From the NCBI GenBank assembly GCA_902800365.1, contig CADCEF010000004.1, positions 31,768-95,767 of the forward strand: 64,000 nt of DNA. Reading direction: 5' to 3'. This DNA is from an uncultured Prevotella sp. GTDB taxonomy: Bacteria; Bacteroidota; Bacteroidia; Bacteroidales; Bacteroidaceae. A program made the translations under genes and the position numbers. This document shows, piece after piece, positions 22,093 through 33,225 of this stretch; the first letter of the stretch is position 1; each line of letters starts with the position of its first letter. The notes under the pieces were generated by a model. The model saw only the letters and a list, made by a program, of their open reading frames with translations. It made no database searches and was not told the DNA's origin.

Positions 22093-24787
22093 ATTTTGGT
22101 TTGTTCTTTCTTGCTTCTTCCAGCGACACTATCTGTGCCTGTTCCTGCTGATATTCCTCGCGCAGAGTCTGGTATTTCTCGTCGAGCTCATGCTCTATGG
22201 CCTCCTTGTCGGCCAACAGCTTCTGAGCCACAAGTGCATTCTGCGATGCATCCTTCATCCACACCACTGGTCCGCCGTAAACAGGCGCTATCTTCAGTGC
22301 CACATGCAACTCACTTGTTGTGGCTCCACCTATCATTATAGGCAGGTCCATACCAGCTTTCTTCAGCTCTTCGGCCACGTTCACCATCTCTTCAAGACTT
22401 GGTGTAATCAGTCCGCTAAGACCTATCATGTCAACGTTTTCCTCTTTGGCCTTGCGCACTATCTGGTCGGCAGGCACCATCACGCCCATATCTATCACAT
22501 CGTAGCCGTTACAAGCCATCACCACGCTCACAATGTTCTTTCCAATGTCGTGAACATCGCCCTTTACGGTGGCAAGCAGCACTTTTCCTGCTGATGCAGT
22601 GCTTTCTGTCTTCTCGGCTTCGATGTATGGCTGCAGTATGTCAACGGCTTGTTTCATGGTGCGGGCAGTCTTTACTACTTGCGGTAGAAACATCTTTCCT
22701 TCACCAAACAGTGTACCCACTTTATTCATTCCCGCCATCAATGGACCTTCGATTATCTCTACCGCGTGCTGAAAATTTCCCAAGGCTTCCTTTAGGTCAT
22801 CTTCCAAGTATTGCCCATCGCCCTTAACAAGCGCCTCTGCCAGCCTCTCCTCCACAGGCCTCTTACCTCTTAATTCTAAATTCTCACTTCCTGTCTGGCC
22901 CTCGGCCGCTCCAGCTTCTTTCTTGGCCATCTCAGCTGCCAAAATCTTTCCAGCCAGCTCAATAAGGTCTTCTGATGCACCCTTGCGGCGATTCAGCACC
23001 ACGTCTTCAATCACCTCAAGCTCTTCTGCAGGAATATCTGCGTAAGTAACTTTAGTAGAGGGGTTTACGATACCGAAATCCATACCCACTTTAATGGCGT
23101 GATACAGGAATACGGCATGCATTGCCTCGCGGATATAGTTGTTTCCGCGGAACGAGAAACTAAGGTTGCTCACACCTCCGCTCACGTGTGCTCCAGGCAG
23201 ATTGTTGTGAATCCATTCTGTGGCACGTATAAAGTCGAGTGCATAAGCATCGTGCTCCTCCATACCTGTGGCAATGGCCAGTACGTTGGGGTCGAAGATT
23301 ATGTCGAGTGGGTTCATTCCCACCTTTTCTGTCAGTATCTTATATGCACGCTGGGCTATCTCTATGCGTCGCTCGTAGGTTGTGGCCTGACCCTCTTCGT
23401 CAAAGCACATCACCACCACAGCAGCTCCGTAACGCTTCACATCCTCAGCATGCTCAATAAACTTCTGTTCACCCTCTTTCAGCGAGATAGAGTTTACGAT
23501 GCTCTTTCCTTGAACGCACTTCAGTCCGGCCTGAATCACCTCCCAGTTAGATGAGTCAATCATCACTGGAACCTTTGCTATATCAGGCTCAGCGGCAATC
23601 ATGTTCAGGAATGTGGTCATCTCCTGCTTTGCGTCCAGCAGTCCGTCGTCCATATTCACGTCGATAACCAGCGCACCGTCGCTCACCTGCTTGCGTGCGA
23701 TACTCAGAGCCTCGCTGTATTTCTTCTCCTTAATCAGTCGCAGGAATTTTCGCGAACCAGCCACGTTGCATCGTTCACCCACATTGGTAAATGTGTTGGC
23801 AAGTGGAGCCAGCAGTTCCAATCCCGACAGCCACATGGTTTGTGGTTTTGTTGCTGGAACATGAGGCTTCTTACCCACAACCAGCGGACCGTACAAACGG
23901 ATAAACTCATCGGTAGTACCGCAGCAGCCACCAATGATGTTCACTATCCCCTCGTCTACCAGCACGCCCATCTTTGGCGCCATACTCTCGGCTGTCTCAT
24001 CATAGAGTCCAAGAGCGTTTGGCAGTCCAGCATTGGGGTGACAGCTTATATAATAAGGTGCTTTCTGTGCCAGCTCGCGTATAAACGGTTTCATCTGCGT
24101 GGCACCAAAAGAGCAGTTCAGTCCTATCGAGAATATCGGATAAGTGCTTATGCTTGCCAGGAATGCGTCGAGAGTCTGACCAGAGAGTGTTCTTCCAGCC
24201 AGATCGCTCACCGTTACCGATACCATTATGGGCAGCATTGCGCCTCGTTTCTCCATCACGCGCATACAGGCGTCGATGGCACATTTCGCGTTCAGCGAGT
24301 CGAATATCGTCTCTATCAGCACAGCGTCGACACCGCCTTCCATCAGCGCGTCGGCCTGCTCCATATAGGCATCCAGCAGTTCGTCGTAAGTTATATCTCT
24401 AAGCGCAGGATTGCTTACATCAGGACTCATCGACAGTGTTTTGTTGGTAGGACCCATCGATCCTGCCACAAATCTTGGTTTGTCGTCAGTACTGTATTTG
24501 TCGGCTTCCTCGCGAGCCATCTTAGCTCCTCGGAAGCACATCTCCCATGCTTTATCTTGCAGATTATAGTCAGCCTGCGAAATTCGCTGACCGTTAAACG
24601 TGTTGGTAGAGATGATGTCAGCTCCTGCTTCCAGATATTTGCGATAGATGTCGCATACTATCTCAGGGCGTGTAAGGTTCAGCTCGTCGCTGTTTCCAAC
24701 CTTTCCCAGCACGGCTCCCAACATGGTTCCCATCGCTCCATCGAGTATCAGAACCCTCTCGTTTATGATTTCGTCTAGCCTTTTCAA
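22082..24787 (-). CDS. metH: Cobalamin-dependent methionine synthase lacking the AdoMet reactivation domain
   Basis: DGAMGT, GGCCGT, pterin domain, B12 motif DVHDIGKN...SGL; ends at 901 aa; TTG start. Confidence 0.93.
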   Translation of the reverse strand: MKRLDEIINERVLILDGAMGTMLGAVLGKVGNSDELNLTRPEIVCDIYRKYLEAGADIISTNTFNGQRISQADYNLQDKAWEMCFRGAKMAREEADKYSTDDKPRFVAGSMGPTNKTLSMSPDVSNPALRDITYDELLDAYMEQADALMEGGVDAVLIETIFDSLNAKCAIDACMRVMEKRGAMLPIMVSVTVSDLAGRTLSGQTLDAFLASISTYPIFSIGLNCSFGATQMKPFIRELAQKAPYYISCHPNAGLPNALGLYDETAESMAPKMGVLVDEGIVNIIGGCCGTTDEFIRLYGPLVVGKKPHVPATKPQTMWLSGLELLAPLANTFTNVGERCNVAGSRKFLRLIKEKKYSEALSIARKQVSDGALVIDVNMDDGLLDAKQEMTTFLNMIAAEPDIAKVPVMIDSSNWEVIQAGLKCVQGKSIVNSISLKEGEQKFIEHAEDVKRYGAAVVVMCFDEEGQATTYERRIEIAQRAYKILTEKVGMNPLDIIFDPNVLAIATGMEEHDAYALDFIRATEWIHNNLPGAHVSGGVSNLSFSFRGNNYIREAMHAVFLYHAIKVGMDFGIVNPSTKVTYADIPAEELEVIEDVVLNRRKGASEDLIELAGKILAAEMAKKEAGAAEGQTGSENLELRGKRPVEERLAEALVKGDGQYLEDDLKEALGNFQHAVEIIEGPLMAGMNKVGTLFGEGKMFLPQVVKTARTMKQAVDILQPYIEAEKTESTASAGKVLLATVKGDVHDIGKNIVSVVMACNGYDVIDMGVMVPADQIVRKAKEENVDMIGLSGLITPSLEEMVNVAEELKKAGMDLPIMIGGATTSELHVALKIAPVYGGPVVWMKDASQNALVAQKLLADKEAIEHELDEKYQTLREEYQQEQAQIVSLEEARKNKPKYEE

Positions 24788-24808
24788 CTTTTAATGTTTA
24801 ATCTTTAA

Positions 24809-25291
24809 TCACTTCCACACTTTCATTGCGCGGTCCATTTCGCGGCGGTCTTCTTTCTCTTTCAGGGTCTGTCGCTTGTCAAACTCCTTTTTACCCTTAC
24901 ACAGCGCCACATCAACCTTCGCCCTACCCTTGTCGTCGATAAACACAAGCGTAGGCACAATGGTATATCCAGTTTGTTTTGTAGCACTCTCAAGAGCGCG
25001 TATCTCTTTCTTTGTGAGCAGCAGCTTGCGGTCGCGCTTCGATTCGTGGTTGTTGTACGAACCATAGAAGTAAGGGCTAATATTCATTCCCTTCACCCAC
25101 AGCTCGCCGTTAATCACCACGCAGTATGTGTCAACCAGACTCGCCTTGCCCAGTCGGATACTTTTTATCTCAGTACCCGTAAGCACGATACCAGCCGTGT
25201 ATTCCTCAATAAAGAAGTACTCAAACGAGGCCTTCTTGTTTTTTATCTGTACCGGACTCTTTTTCCTTAACTGTTCCTCAGTCTTATTCAC
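24809..25291 (-). CDS. smpB: SsrA-binding protein
   Basis: [29 protein letters not shown]; GTG start. Confidence 0.96.
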   Translation of the reverse strand: MNKTEEQLRKKSPVQIKNKKASFEYFFIEEYTAGIVLTGTEIKSIRLGKASLVDTYCVVINGELWVKGMNISPYFYGSYNNHESKRDRKLLLTKKEIRALESATKQTGYTIVPTLVFIDDKGRAKVDVALCKGKKEFDKRQTLKEKEDRREMDRAMKVWK

Positions 25292-25293
25292 TC

Positions 25294-25333
25294 TTAATCT
25301 TTAATGTTTAATCTTTAATGTTTAATCTTTAAT
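25294..25333. repeat. Heptamer tandem repeat TTAAT(C/G)T x5
   Basis: Between DUF4375 stop and smpB start; opposite orientation to coding strand compared with the rnf copies. Confidence 0.85.
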
Positions 25334-25828
25334 AGTGGCGAAGCTCTCCAAATGGTCATCGATATAGTGAGCAATGTCATCAGTCCATTCCTCCTCGTTC
25401 TCGATGAACTGGTCGTCCAGATCCTCAAACTCGGGATACTGTTCGAACATAGCCATGAAGTCCTCGTCGCTCTTTTCCGATTCTATTTCGTCGCGATATT
25501 TCAGCCACAGTGTGTGAGCATCGTAAATCAGCTTCGATGGAGCGCGCATGTCCCACAGGCGCAGCACCTTAGCCAGCGGATTTTTGAATATGAATGGTCC
25601 GTAGCCGTTGTAGATAAGCTGTACGAATCCACCGTCCATCACCTCATCGTGCAGAATTTTCCACGCCAACAGCGTAAGCTGGTCGGCGTTCAGTTCCTGC
25701 ATATTCTCGGCAGTAAGTTCACCTCCGATAGCATCGTAGATGGCCTTTACAAACACGTCGATAAACTCGTCCATTCCTTCCATCGCAGCCTTCTGCAGCT
25801 CCTGGTCTTTAACGATTACTTCCTTCAT
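25322..25828 (-). CDS. DUF4375/DMP19 family acidic protein
   Basis: EVMDGGFVQLIYNGYG, FEDLDDQF, strongly acidic. Confidence 0.8.
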   Translation of the reverse strand: MKEVIVKDQELQKAAMEGMDEFIDVFVKAIYDAIGGELTAENMQELNADQLTLLAWKILHDEVMDGGFVQLIYNGYGPFIFKNPLAKVLRLWDMRAPSKLIYDAHTLWLKYRDEIESEKSDEDFMAMFEQYPEFEDLDDQFIENEEEWTDDIAHYIDDHLESFATIKD

Positions 25829-25900
25829 ATTATATCTCCTATGGATTCTTTTAGTCGGCGTTCCGCCTTTGTAAAAGCGGCATAGCCGAGCGTTACGAAT

Positions 25901-26704
25901 TTATTCTAGCTCGTAAACGCCGGTGGGCGTTTTGCGCTTCAGCACTTCCAGCTCCATATCCTTTCCAGGAATCACTCCATGACTACGCAGAATCTGCTCA
26001 ACAGTCTTGCGAGCCAACTCAGGGTGATTATTCTCCTCACTCAGATGGCACAGCCAAACGTGCTTCAGCTCCTCAGTCATATTCTCTACCAGAGCCTCGC
26101 CACAAGCCACGTTACTCAGGTGTCCGCTGCCGCTTGTAATGCGCTGCTTCAGATACTCAGGATATGGTCCTGTCTTCAGCATCTCCAAGTCATGGTTAGC
26201 CTCTATCACCAGATCGTTAGCGCGACCAATCACCTCTTTAATCTCATCGGTGATGTGGCCCACATCGGTAATCACAACAAAGGTAATGCCCTCAACCACA
26301 AGCTCGTAACCTACGTTCTCGCTTGCATCGTGAGGCACCGCAAAAGGGCGCACCTTAAAGTCGCCAAGCTGCATCTCGGCACCCAGTTCTATCTCTTTCT
26401 TATGGTCGGCTGATACCTTGCGGGCAACGCAATAGTTCTGATCTATGCCCTCGTGCACTTTGCGCGTGGCATATACGGGCAGATTCATGTCATGACTCAG
26501 GGCTCCCACACTTTTTATGTGGTCAGCGTGATCGTGAGTAATCAAGATACGCTTAACGGAATTCAACTGAATACCATACTCTCTGCAATATTTCTTAAGT
26601 GTGCGTATTCCTATTCCAATATCTATTATCAGCCCGTCTGTCGCAGTGCCCAAATAATAGCAATTACCGCTGCTACCGCTTCCAAACGATATAAATTTCA
26701 ACAT
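25901..26704 (-). CDS. MBL-fold metallo-hydrolase (YycJ-like)
   Basis: GSGSSGN, THDHADH, VPHDA, HLSEENN. Confidence 0.9.
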   Translation of the reverse strand: MLKFISFGSGSSGNCYYLGTATDGLIIDIGIGIRTLKKYCREYGIQLNSVKRILITHDHADHIKSVGALSHDMNLPVYATRKVHEGIDQNYCVARKVSADHKKEIELGAEMQLGDFKVRPFAVPHDASENVGYELVVEGITFVVITDVGHITDEIKEVIGRANDLVIEANHDLEMLKTGPYPEYLKQRITSGSGHLSNVACGEALVENMTEELKHVWLCHLSEENNHPELARKTVEQILRSHGVIPGKDMELEVLKRKTPTGVYELE

Positions 26705-26802
26705 CTCTAATTCATAATTTTCGTGCAAAAGTAATACAAAAAATCGAGAATTTAGAATTTAGAATTTAGAGATATGGCACTATTTTACTTTTTTAACACT
26801 CG

Positions 26803-28986
26803 TTAGAATGGAAGTCCTACGGCGAAGTGGAACGCAAGGTCGCGACTCAGTTTCGGATGAATCAACGGATAGTGGTCATCTGAGTCTATCTCATATGCAG
26901 GATTAACCGCCTTCATACCAAGGTCGAAACGCAATATGAAATAGTCAAAATTTAATCTCAGTCCTAAACCATAGCTCACAGCCATGTCGTTCAATAGTCG
27001 GTTTATCTTAAACTGTCCGCCCTCCTGTCCTTCGTATTCTCTGAAAGTCCATATGTTACCAGCATCCACAAAGGCAGCTCCATTGAATTTCCAGAACAGA
27101 TGTGTGCGATATTCCACATTCAGGTCAAGTTTTATGTCACCCGTTTGTGTAATAAAGTTTATACGTCCATCCTTATCCTTATAACTACCCGGACCCAAGC
27201 TTCTTACGCTCCATCCTCGCACGCTGTTTGCGCCACCGCTAAAGTAGCGTTTCTCAAACGGCAACACCTTCGAGTTTCCATATGGGTAAGCCAATCCCAG
27301 TCCGATGTGGAACACCAGCTGGTCGTTAGCCCTCTTCATCAGCTCCTGCGTGTAGTCAAAGTCGCCCTTCACATACTGCGCGTATGCTATGTTAAACAGC
27401 TTATACTGTCCAAGGTCGTTCTTGTTTCCGCCAAACAGTTTCGAGAATGCGCCAAACAGGTTTCCCGCTGTCTCCACGCTTGTTCTCAGTGCCACATGTC
27501 CGTTGTTGTAGGCATATCCGAATCCCGTACGCATAATGAAGATATCCTCGTAGTTATATCTCAGAATCACGTTCTGGTTCGTCTCGTCGTCCAGATACTC
27601 CTTCTTGAAAGTCTCGCTTATCCAAGGCATAAACACATAGTTAAGGTTCAGCAGGTCAAAGCGGAAGTTATCGTGGCGGTTAGGCTGTCGCCATTGGTAG
27701 CTCCATCCAGCGGTAAGCACTCGGCGGTGGAACTCAGGACGATCCTGCGAGTCGTAAATCAGGCTCACATCACTAGTTGCCAACGTGCGACGACGGAAGT
27801 CACGACTCAGGAACGGCATTATGAATCGTGGGAAACTAAGTCTTGTTTCCACGCTGTATTCCACGAAGTTCTGATTGCTGTAGCCCTCCAGTCCCTTGAT
27901 GGCCTCGTAGGCACCACGTAGCTGCATACTGAATGTCTCTGAGCCACGGAACAAGTTGCGGTTCTGGTATGTCAACGATGCTGCAGCACCAAAGTCGCCC
28001 GCCGTGTTCGTACCTTCTGGCTGGAAACTTATCGTCGAAGGTTTGTTTGTAAGTATCTGTATCTTAGCGTCAAGCAGTGTGGTGTCAGGATGCTGCTCAA
28101 ACGCTATGTTCGTATATCTCACAGCCCCTAATCGGCCAAAGTGGTTGTATGTTTTCTGCAAGTCGGCAGCACTGTAAAGCTTGCCTGCCTCCACAAATGT
28201 GTTCTCGTCAAGCACCTTCTGCCTGAGATGCATCTTCTCTTCCTCGTCGGCACCCTCGCAGTTCACCTGATTGATGGTGTACGCCTTGTGCTGCTTGCTT
28301 AGCAACAGCTTCAGGTAAACCCCCTGCTGCTCCTCGTCCTTACTCGCGTTATAAGTAATAAACTCCTTGTGGAATCGATAGTAACCGTTGTTCTGCAGCA
28401 GCTGTGTTATCTGGTTGCGCTCCTGTTGCAGCGCCTCTACGCTAAACTGCATTCCCTGGTGCAGCACGCTCTGTCGCCTTCTCAGCACGCGCGCCACAGT
28501 GGTATCTTCCACCTCAAAGTCAAGATTACGCACAAAGTAAGGCTTTCCCGGATGCAGCACATACACCGCATCAAGCTTCTTGGGTTTCTTCTGGTCGATA
28601 AACAGCTCCACCTGAGCGTCAAGATATCCCTTGTTCTGCAGCGCCTGTTGCAGGTCCTTACAAGTAAGCTCCGCCTGCAGCGAGTCGTAAATCACAGGTG
28701 CCTCGCCCATCTGTCGCAGCGTACGGTTCAGCCAACTGCTGTCGCGCCCAGCCATCGAATACACTCCTAACGGCAGCTTCACAGCCGAGAACCATCGCGC
28801 GTTACCCTTCTGCCGCACGTAGCCCTTAAGCTGACTGGTATTCACATCGCGGTATTTTCCGTCGGCCACCACTTTCACCCTATCGAGCATGTAGCTACCT
28901 TCGGGAATATCGCGCGTAGCCGAGCAGCCGCAAAACGTTATTGCCGCCATCGATATTAGTATATTTTTTGAGAGCTTTTTATCCAT
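26803..28986 (-). CDS. Omp85 (BamA/TamA) family outer-membrane protein
   Basis: Lipoprotein-like signal, POTRA-like region, GGANSVRGW, C-terminal F. Confidence 0.88.
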   Translation of the reverse strand: MDKKLSKNILISMAAITFCGCSATRDIPEGSYMLDRVKVVADGKYRDVNTSQLKGYVRQKGNARWFSAVKLPLGVYSMAGRDSSWLNRTLRQMGEAPVIYDSLQAELTCKDLQQALQNKGYLDAQVELFIDQKKPKKLDAVYVLHPGKPYFVRNLDFEVEDTTVARVLRRRQSVLHQGMQFSVEALQQERNQITQLLQNNGYYRFHKEFITYNASKDEEQQGVYLKLLLSKQHKAYTINQVNCEGADEEEKMHLRQKVLDENTFVEAGKLYSAADLQKTYNHFGRLGAVRYTNIAFEQHPDTTLLDAKIQILTNKPSTISFQPEGTNTAGDFGAAASLTYQNRNLFRGSETFSMQLRGAYEAIKGLEGYSNQNFVEYSVETRLSFPRFIMPFLSRDFRRRTLATSDVSLIYDSQDRPEFHRRVLTAGWSYQWRQPNRHDNFRFDLLNLNYVFMPWISETFKKEYLDDETNQNVILRYNYEDIFIMRTGFGYAYNNGHVALRTSVETAGNLFGAFSKLFGGNKNDLGQYKLFNIAYAQYVKGDFDYTQELMKRANDQLVFHIGLGLAYPYGNSKVLPFEKRYFSGGANSVRGWSVRSLGPGSYKDKDGRINFITQTGDIKLDLNVEYRTHLFWKFNGAAFVDAGNIWTFREYEGQEGGQFKINRLLNDMAVSYGLGLRLNFDYFILRFDLGMKAVNPAYEIDSDDHYPLIHPKLSRDLAFHFAVGLPF

Positions 28987-29077
28987 TTGTGCTGCAAAAT
29001 TAAAAAAATTCCGTGTAATCCGCATATCCATACCTTATTTTTTGTATTTTTGTAACCGAATTATAACAATTTAGATA

Positions 29078-29848
29078 ATGATAAGTAAAAATCAGATAAA
29101 ATTTGTGCGCCAGTTGGAACAGAAAAAGTTCCGCAAGGCCGAGAACCTCTTCATTGCCGAGACACATAAGGTAGTGGGCGATCTGCTTGCTGCAGGATTC
29201 CGCCCTGTCCAGCTCTTCGCCACCAACGATTGGATATCCGAGCATCGCCCAATGCTTGCCACACTTGGTAGCCAGATTACCGAAGTCTGCCTCGACGAGC
29301 TCACCCGCCTGAGCCTCCAGCAGCACCCCCAGCAGGTCCTCGCCCTCTTCCTCATCCCTGATGCCAATCCTACATCATCCATCAGCCACCAGACATCATC
29401 CTTGTCTCTCCTTCTTGACAACGTCCAAGACCCAGGCAATCTCGGCACCATCATCCGTATTGCCGATTGGTTTGGCATCGATTCCATCTACTGCTCGCCT
29501 GGCACTGTCGACGCATGGAACCCTAAGGTTGTTCAGGCCACCATGGGCAGCATAGCTCGCGTACATATTATCTATATCGAGCCCGATGAGCTGTTCAGTC
29601 AGCTACCAGCCGATTATCCCATCTACGGCACCTTCCTCGATGGCGATAACATCTACACCCAGCAGCTCACCTCTCACGGACTTATCGTCATGGGCAACGA
29701 GGGCAATGGCATCTCCGATGCAGTCCGCGCCCGTGTCAGTCATAAGCTATTGATTCCTGACTTCCACAAAGGCGACACTGCCGACAGCTTGAACGTGGCC
29801 ATCGCCACCGCCATCACCTGTTCCGAGTTCCGCCGCCGCTCACTATAG
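29078..29848 (+). CDS. TrmH/SpoU family RNA methyltransferase
   Basis: DPGNLGTIIR, VMGNEGNG, SLNVAIA. Confidence 0.92.
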   Translation: MISKNQIKFVRQLEQKKFRKAENLFIAETHKVVGDLLAAGFRPVQLFATNDWISEHRPMLATLGSQITEVCLDELTRLSLQQHPQQVLALFLIPDANPTSSISHQTSSLSLLLDNVQDPGNLGTIIRIADWFGIDSIYCSPGTVDAWNPKVVQATMGSIARVHIIYIEPDELFSQLPADYPIYGTFLDGDNIYTQQLTSHGLIVMGNEGNGISDAVRARVSHKLLIPDFHKGDTADSLNVAIATAITCSEFRRRSL

Positions 29849-29853
29849 AGTTC

Positions 29854-30756
29854 ATGAACATCAAGACGCTATACCGCCGATTCCGTGCCTGGCAGCTCAA
29901 TCCCTTCAGCTACCAGAATCACAGTCAACATGTAGAGCGATGTGCCAACTGCGGCACAGAGTTCCAGTCTAACTACTGCCCCGTTTGCGGTCAGAAGTCA
30001 GGCGTAGGCCCTGTCTGCTGGAAAACCGTTCGCCAAGGCCTCATGGTCATCTGGGGCATGGACTCCCGCTCACTGCTCTTCACCTTAGTGCAGCTGTTGC
30101 TGCGCCCAGGCTATCTCATCAGCGATTACATCAGCGGCAAGCGCCAGGTTTCTTTTCCTCCAGTCAAGATGCTGCTTATTGTAGCCATCGCCCAATTGCT
30201 GGCTTATACCTTTGTCGCCGATCCCGAAGCTGTAGCCAAAGAAACCATAAAATCCTCTTACGATGTTTTTGCCCGTTGGACGCGTAGCAATCCTGGTTGG
30301 TCTATGATGTCCATCAGCAGCATATTCCTGCTGCCCACATGGCTAATGTATCGTTTCAGCCCTAAGCATCGCAAGCACACCCTTCCTGAGGGTTTCTTCA
30401 TTCAGGTATTCATGGGCACCCTTCTTTCTCTCATTGGTGCTATTACCGTAGTTTTAGATAACATATTAATTTTGGTTATATTGTTGCCGTTCTACTATCT
30501 GGTCACCTATCGCCAACTATTTGGTTACGGCTGGTGGGGCACATTCTGGCGCCTGTGTATATGCTTCGTGGTAGCCTCCGCCACCATCTTAAATCTGTCT
30601 GAGATAGGCGACTACCTGCTTCATTTTGAGACAGAGTCCATCAAGACTATCCTTTACGCCAATGGCACTATCCTATTCATTGTTTTGATAGGCGTCTTCT
30701 TCGAATACCGCAAAAAGAACAGAAAAAAGCATAGCTATACGACATCGAAACCATAG
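29854..30756 (+). CDS. DUF3667-domain membrane protein with N-terminal zinc ribbon
   Basis: CANCG...YCPVCGQ, LLLRPGYLISDYISGKR, several TM helices. Confidence 0.82.
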   Translation: MNIKTLYRRFRAWQLNPFSYQNHSQHVERCANCGTEFQSNYCPVCGQKSGVGPVCWKTVRQGLMVIWGMDSRSLLFTLVQLLLRPGYLISDYISGKRQVSFPPVKMLLIVAIAQLLAYTFVADPEAVAKETIKSSYDVFARWTRSNPGWSMMSISSIFLLPTWLMYRFSPKHRKHTLPEGFFIQVFMGTLLSLIGAITVVLDNILILVILLPFYYLVTYRQLFGYGWWGTFWRLCICFVVASATILNLSEIGDYLLHFETESIKTILYANGTILFIVLIGVFFEYRKKNRKKHSYTTSKP

Positions 30757-30806
30757 CTTTTACATTCAAAAAGCATAGGTTTTACAATTTAAAAGCATAG
30801 CTTTTA
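30725..30806. repeat. Four 22-bp-periodic copies of AAAAGCATAGCTTTT-like palindrome
   Basis: CATAG cores at 30730, 30752, 30774, 30796. Confidence 0.85.
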
Positions 30807-30850
30807 TTGACAATAATAATAGTTTATTCTTTCAACAGGAACAGAATATA

Positions 30851-31063
30851 CTATTGAGTATTAAGTAGTGAGCGGGTGTGCTGGCGGGCTTGGCGCCAGC
30901 GAGGGAAGTATTGGGTCATAAGGGTGTAGAAGCGGGCGTTGTGGCTGGGCTCTAAGAGGTGGCAGAGCTCGTGGACTACTACGTGCTCCTGGCACCAATC
31001 GGGCAGCAAGAGCAGATAGAGGGAGAGGCGGTTTGTGAAACGATAGGTTACTTTTATACTCAT
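30851..31063 (-). pseudogene. C-terminal fragment of M48/YgjP (DUF45) metallopeptidase
   Basis: VVVHELCHLLEPSHNARFY (HExxH) in only 70 aa. Confidence 0.7.
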
Positions 31064-32673
31064 TTATTGATTCGCAGCACGGGGGCTATCTTGTTGCAGG
31101 GCTGAGGGAGGTTTACTACGAGGCCATCAGCGGTCTGTGTGGCCTTGAGCTTGCCGTAGCCAAGCAGATAGACGCTGGTGATGGACTTCTTGAAATCGGG
31201 GTTGCCCTTGGCAAGCGACTTGATGACGAGCTTACCATCCTCAGGCCAGCCCATGGCTGTGGCGTAGAGGTACTTCTTGGTCTGGTTGAAGCGAACGTCG
31301 CGATAGTCCATGCCGTTATACTGGCCCTCGTTGAAGCCTTGTGCATTGATCTCGATGACCTTCTCGGCAACTGGACCCTCGCCAAACTTTACCCAAGGAC
31401 GGGTGCCAAAGATACTCTCGCCGTTTGGTGTCATCCAGGCCTCGAGCTCGTCGAGGAACTGTGCCTCTTTCTCGTCGTAGGTGCCATCGGCCTTCAGAGG
31501 GATATTGAGCAGCAGATTGCCGTTCTTCGACACGATGTCGACAAGCTGCTTGACGATGTTCTCGGAGGTGCGATAGCCGTGCTTGTAAACGCTGGTGTTG
31601 TAGTGCCAGTCGCCAATGCAGTTGCAGGTCTGCCAGGGCTCAGAGATAATCTGATTTGGTGCGCCGCGTTCTACATCCCATGTTAGTGCACGCTTTTGGT
31701 CTTCGCTGAGAATCTTGCCGAAAACCACGCCGCGAGGGTTCTTATTATAAAGATGTGTAGCAATCTTTAGTCCGCAGTCGCTAACGGGATAGAATGGCAA
31801 TACGGTTACATCGAAGTAGATGAGGTCAGGATTATAACGATTGATGGCGTCGAGGGTGCGATCGTAGAAATTGGTTACGAACTCCTCAGAAGGAGGACAG
31901 GCACCATTACCCCACCCCCACTGTGCGTGAATCTGGCCGTTGTTCCAAGAGCGGTCGCTCATAGGGTGATTCTGGGCGTAGAGCTTCTGTGGGTCGAGTC
32001 CTTCCCACCATTTGCCCTTGCCATCGGCCTTGGTGAGCTTGCCATCGTAATAAACGCCTGCCTTAGAGCCGTTCTGGTCGTAGCGCTGCGATGTCTCGTA
32101 CCATGTCCAGGCGTGGTCGGCATGGAATGAGATGCCGAGTGGCAGTCCGGCTTTCTTGGCGGCCTTAGCCCATCCGTCGAGGATATCGCGCTTAGGGCCG
32201 ATACGCACTGAGTTCCACTCCTGATACTGTGAATCCCAGAGGTCGAAATTGTCGTGGTGATTGCCTAATACAAAGAAGTACTGGGCGCCGCAACGCTTAT
32301 AGCGCTCGACAAGCTTCTCAGGGTCCCACTTCTCGGCCTTGAAGAGTGGCAGGATGTCCTTGAATCCGAACTCGGACTGATGACCGTAGTGCTTTTTGTG
32401 ATACTTGTACTGGTCGCTGCCCTCGATATACATGCCGCGAGCCATCCAGTCGCCTGAACCTTCGACACACTGCGGGCCCCAATGAGCCCAGATGCCGAAC
32501 TTGGCATTACGGAACCACTCGGGGGTCTTGTGAGTCTCGAGCGACTGCCATGTGGGTTGATACTTACCCGTGAGCATCTTCTCGTGCTCTTCGGATACGG
32601 GTACGTCGTAAGTTTGAGCCATAGCTGCTGACGTGCAGCAGCATATGGCCGCAGTTAAAATGCTTTTAATCAT
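31060..32673 (-). CDS. Alpha-L-fucosidase, GH29
   Basis: WFRNAKFGIWAHWG, HHDNFDLWDS, DIVSKNGNLLLNI. Confidence 0.92.
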   Translation of the reverse strand: MIKSILTAAICCCTSAAMAQTYDVPVSEEHEKMLTGKYQPTWQSLETHKTPEWFRNAKFGIWAHWGPQCVEGSGDWMARGMYIEGSDQYKYHKKHYGHQSEFGFKDILPLFKAEKWDPEKLVERYKRCGAQYFFVLGNHHDNFDLWDSQYQEWNSVRIGPKRDILDGWAKAAKKAGLPLGISFHADHAWTWYETSQRYDQNGSKAGVYYDGKLTKADGKGKWWEGLDPQKLYAQNHPMSDRSWNNGQIHAQWGWGNGACPPSEEFVTNFYDRTLDAINRYNPDLIYFDVTVLPFYPVSDCGLKIATHLYNKNPRGVVFGKILSEDQKRALTWDVERGAPNQIISEPWQTCNCIGDWHYNTSVYKHGYRTSENIVKQLVDIVSKNGNLLLNIPLKADGTYDEKEAQFLDELEAWMTPNGESIFGTRPWVKFGEGPVAEKVIEINAQGFNEGQYNGMDYRDVRFNQTKKYLYATAMGWPEDGKLVIKSLAKGNPDFKKSITSVYLLGYGKLKATQTADGLVVNLPQPCNKIAPVLRINK

Positions 32674-32700
32674 ATCAGTTAGTAAAAGTAGTTGTGTTGT

Positions 32701-33198
32701 TTATTTAAGAATCTCGTTCATCTCCTTGCGGATTTTGGGCTTTGCCTCGTCGGCAGGATAGCCTATGGGGATAAACACACAGGGCTCTTCGTTATTGTCG
32801 TATCCGAACAGCTGCTTGCAGAGCAGAGCGTCGAAGTTGCACACCCAGCAGGTGCCCAAGCCTTGCTCGGCGGCTGCCAGGCAGAGGTGCTCAACAGCGA
32901 TGGCAACATCGATATTGCCATGGGCCTTGCCATCGGAACGTACCCACTCCTCATCGTGAACGAGTGAGGCAATGATGTACATAGGTGCTGAGTAGAACCA
33001 TGTGCGTGGGTAGCAGCGCTGAAGCTTGGCTTTATCCTCATCAGAGCTAACGATGCGGAAACGCCAGGGCTGCTTGTTTACTGCCGAAGGAGCCATGCGC
33101 ACGCACTCCATGATATAGTCGAGCTTAGCGGGTTCTACACTTGCTGCCTGATAGCTACGGCAGCTATACCTTGATTTAATAAGTTCCTGTAAATTCAT
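32701..33198 (-). CDS. Nitroreductase family protein
   Basis: SRYSCRSY, APSAVNKQPW, GLGTCW, IPIGYP. Confidence 0.92.
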   Translation of the reverse strand: MNLQELIKSRYSCRSYQAASVEPAKLDYIMECVRMAPSAVNKQPWRFRIVSSDEDKAKLQRCYPRTWFYSAPMYIIASLVHDEEWVRSDGKAHGNIDVAIAVEHLCLAAAEQGLGTCWVCNFDALLCKQLFGYDNNEEPCVFIPIGYPADEAKPKIRKEMNEILK

Positions 33199-33225
33199 AA
33201 TCTTGACACATTATTCTGATTTATA

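Noticed and set aside
24787-24812. Cobalamin or SAM riboswitch before metH
   Set aside because: The gap from smpB is only 21 bp and is filled by heptamer repeats.
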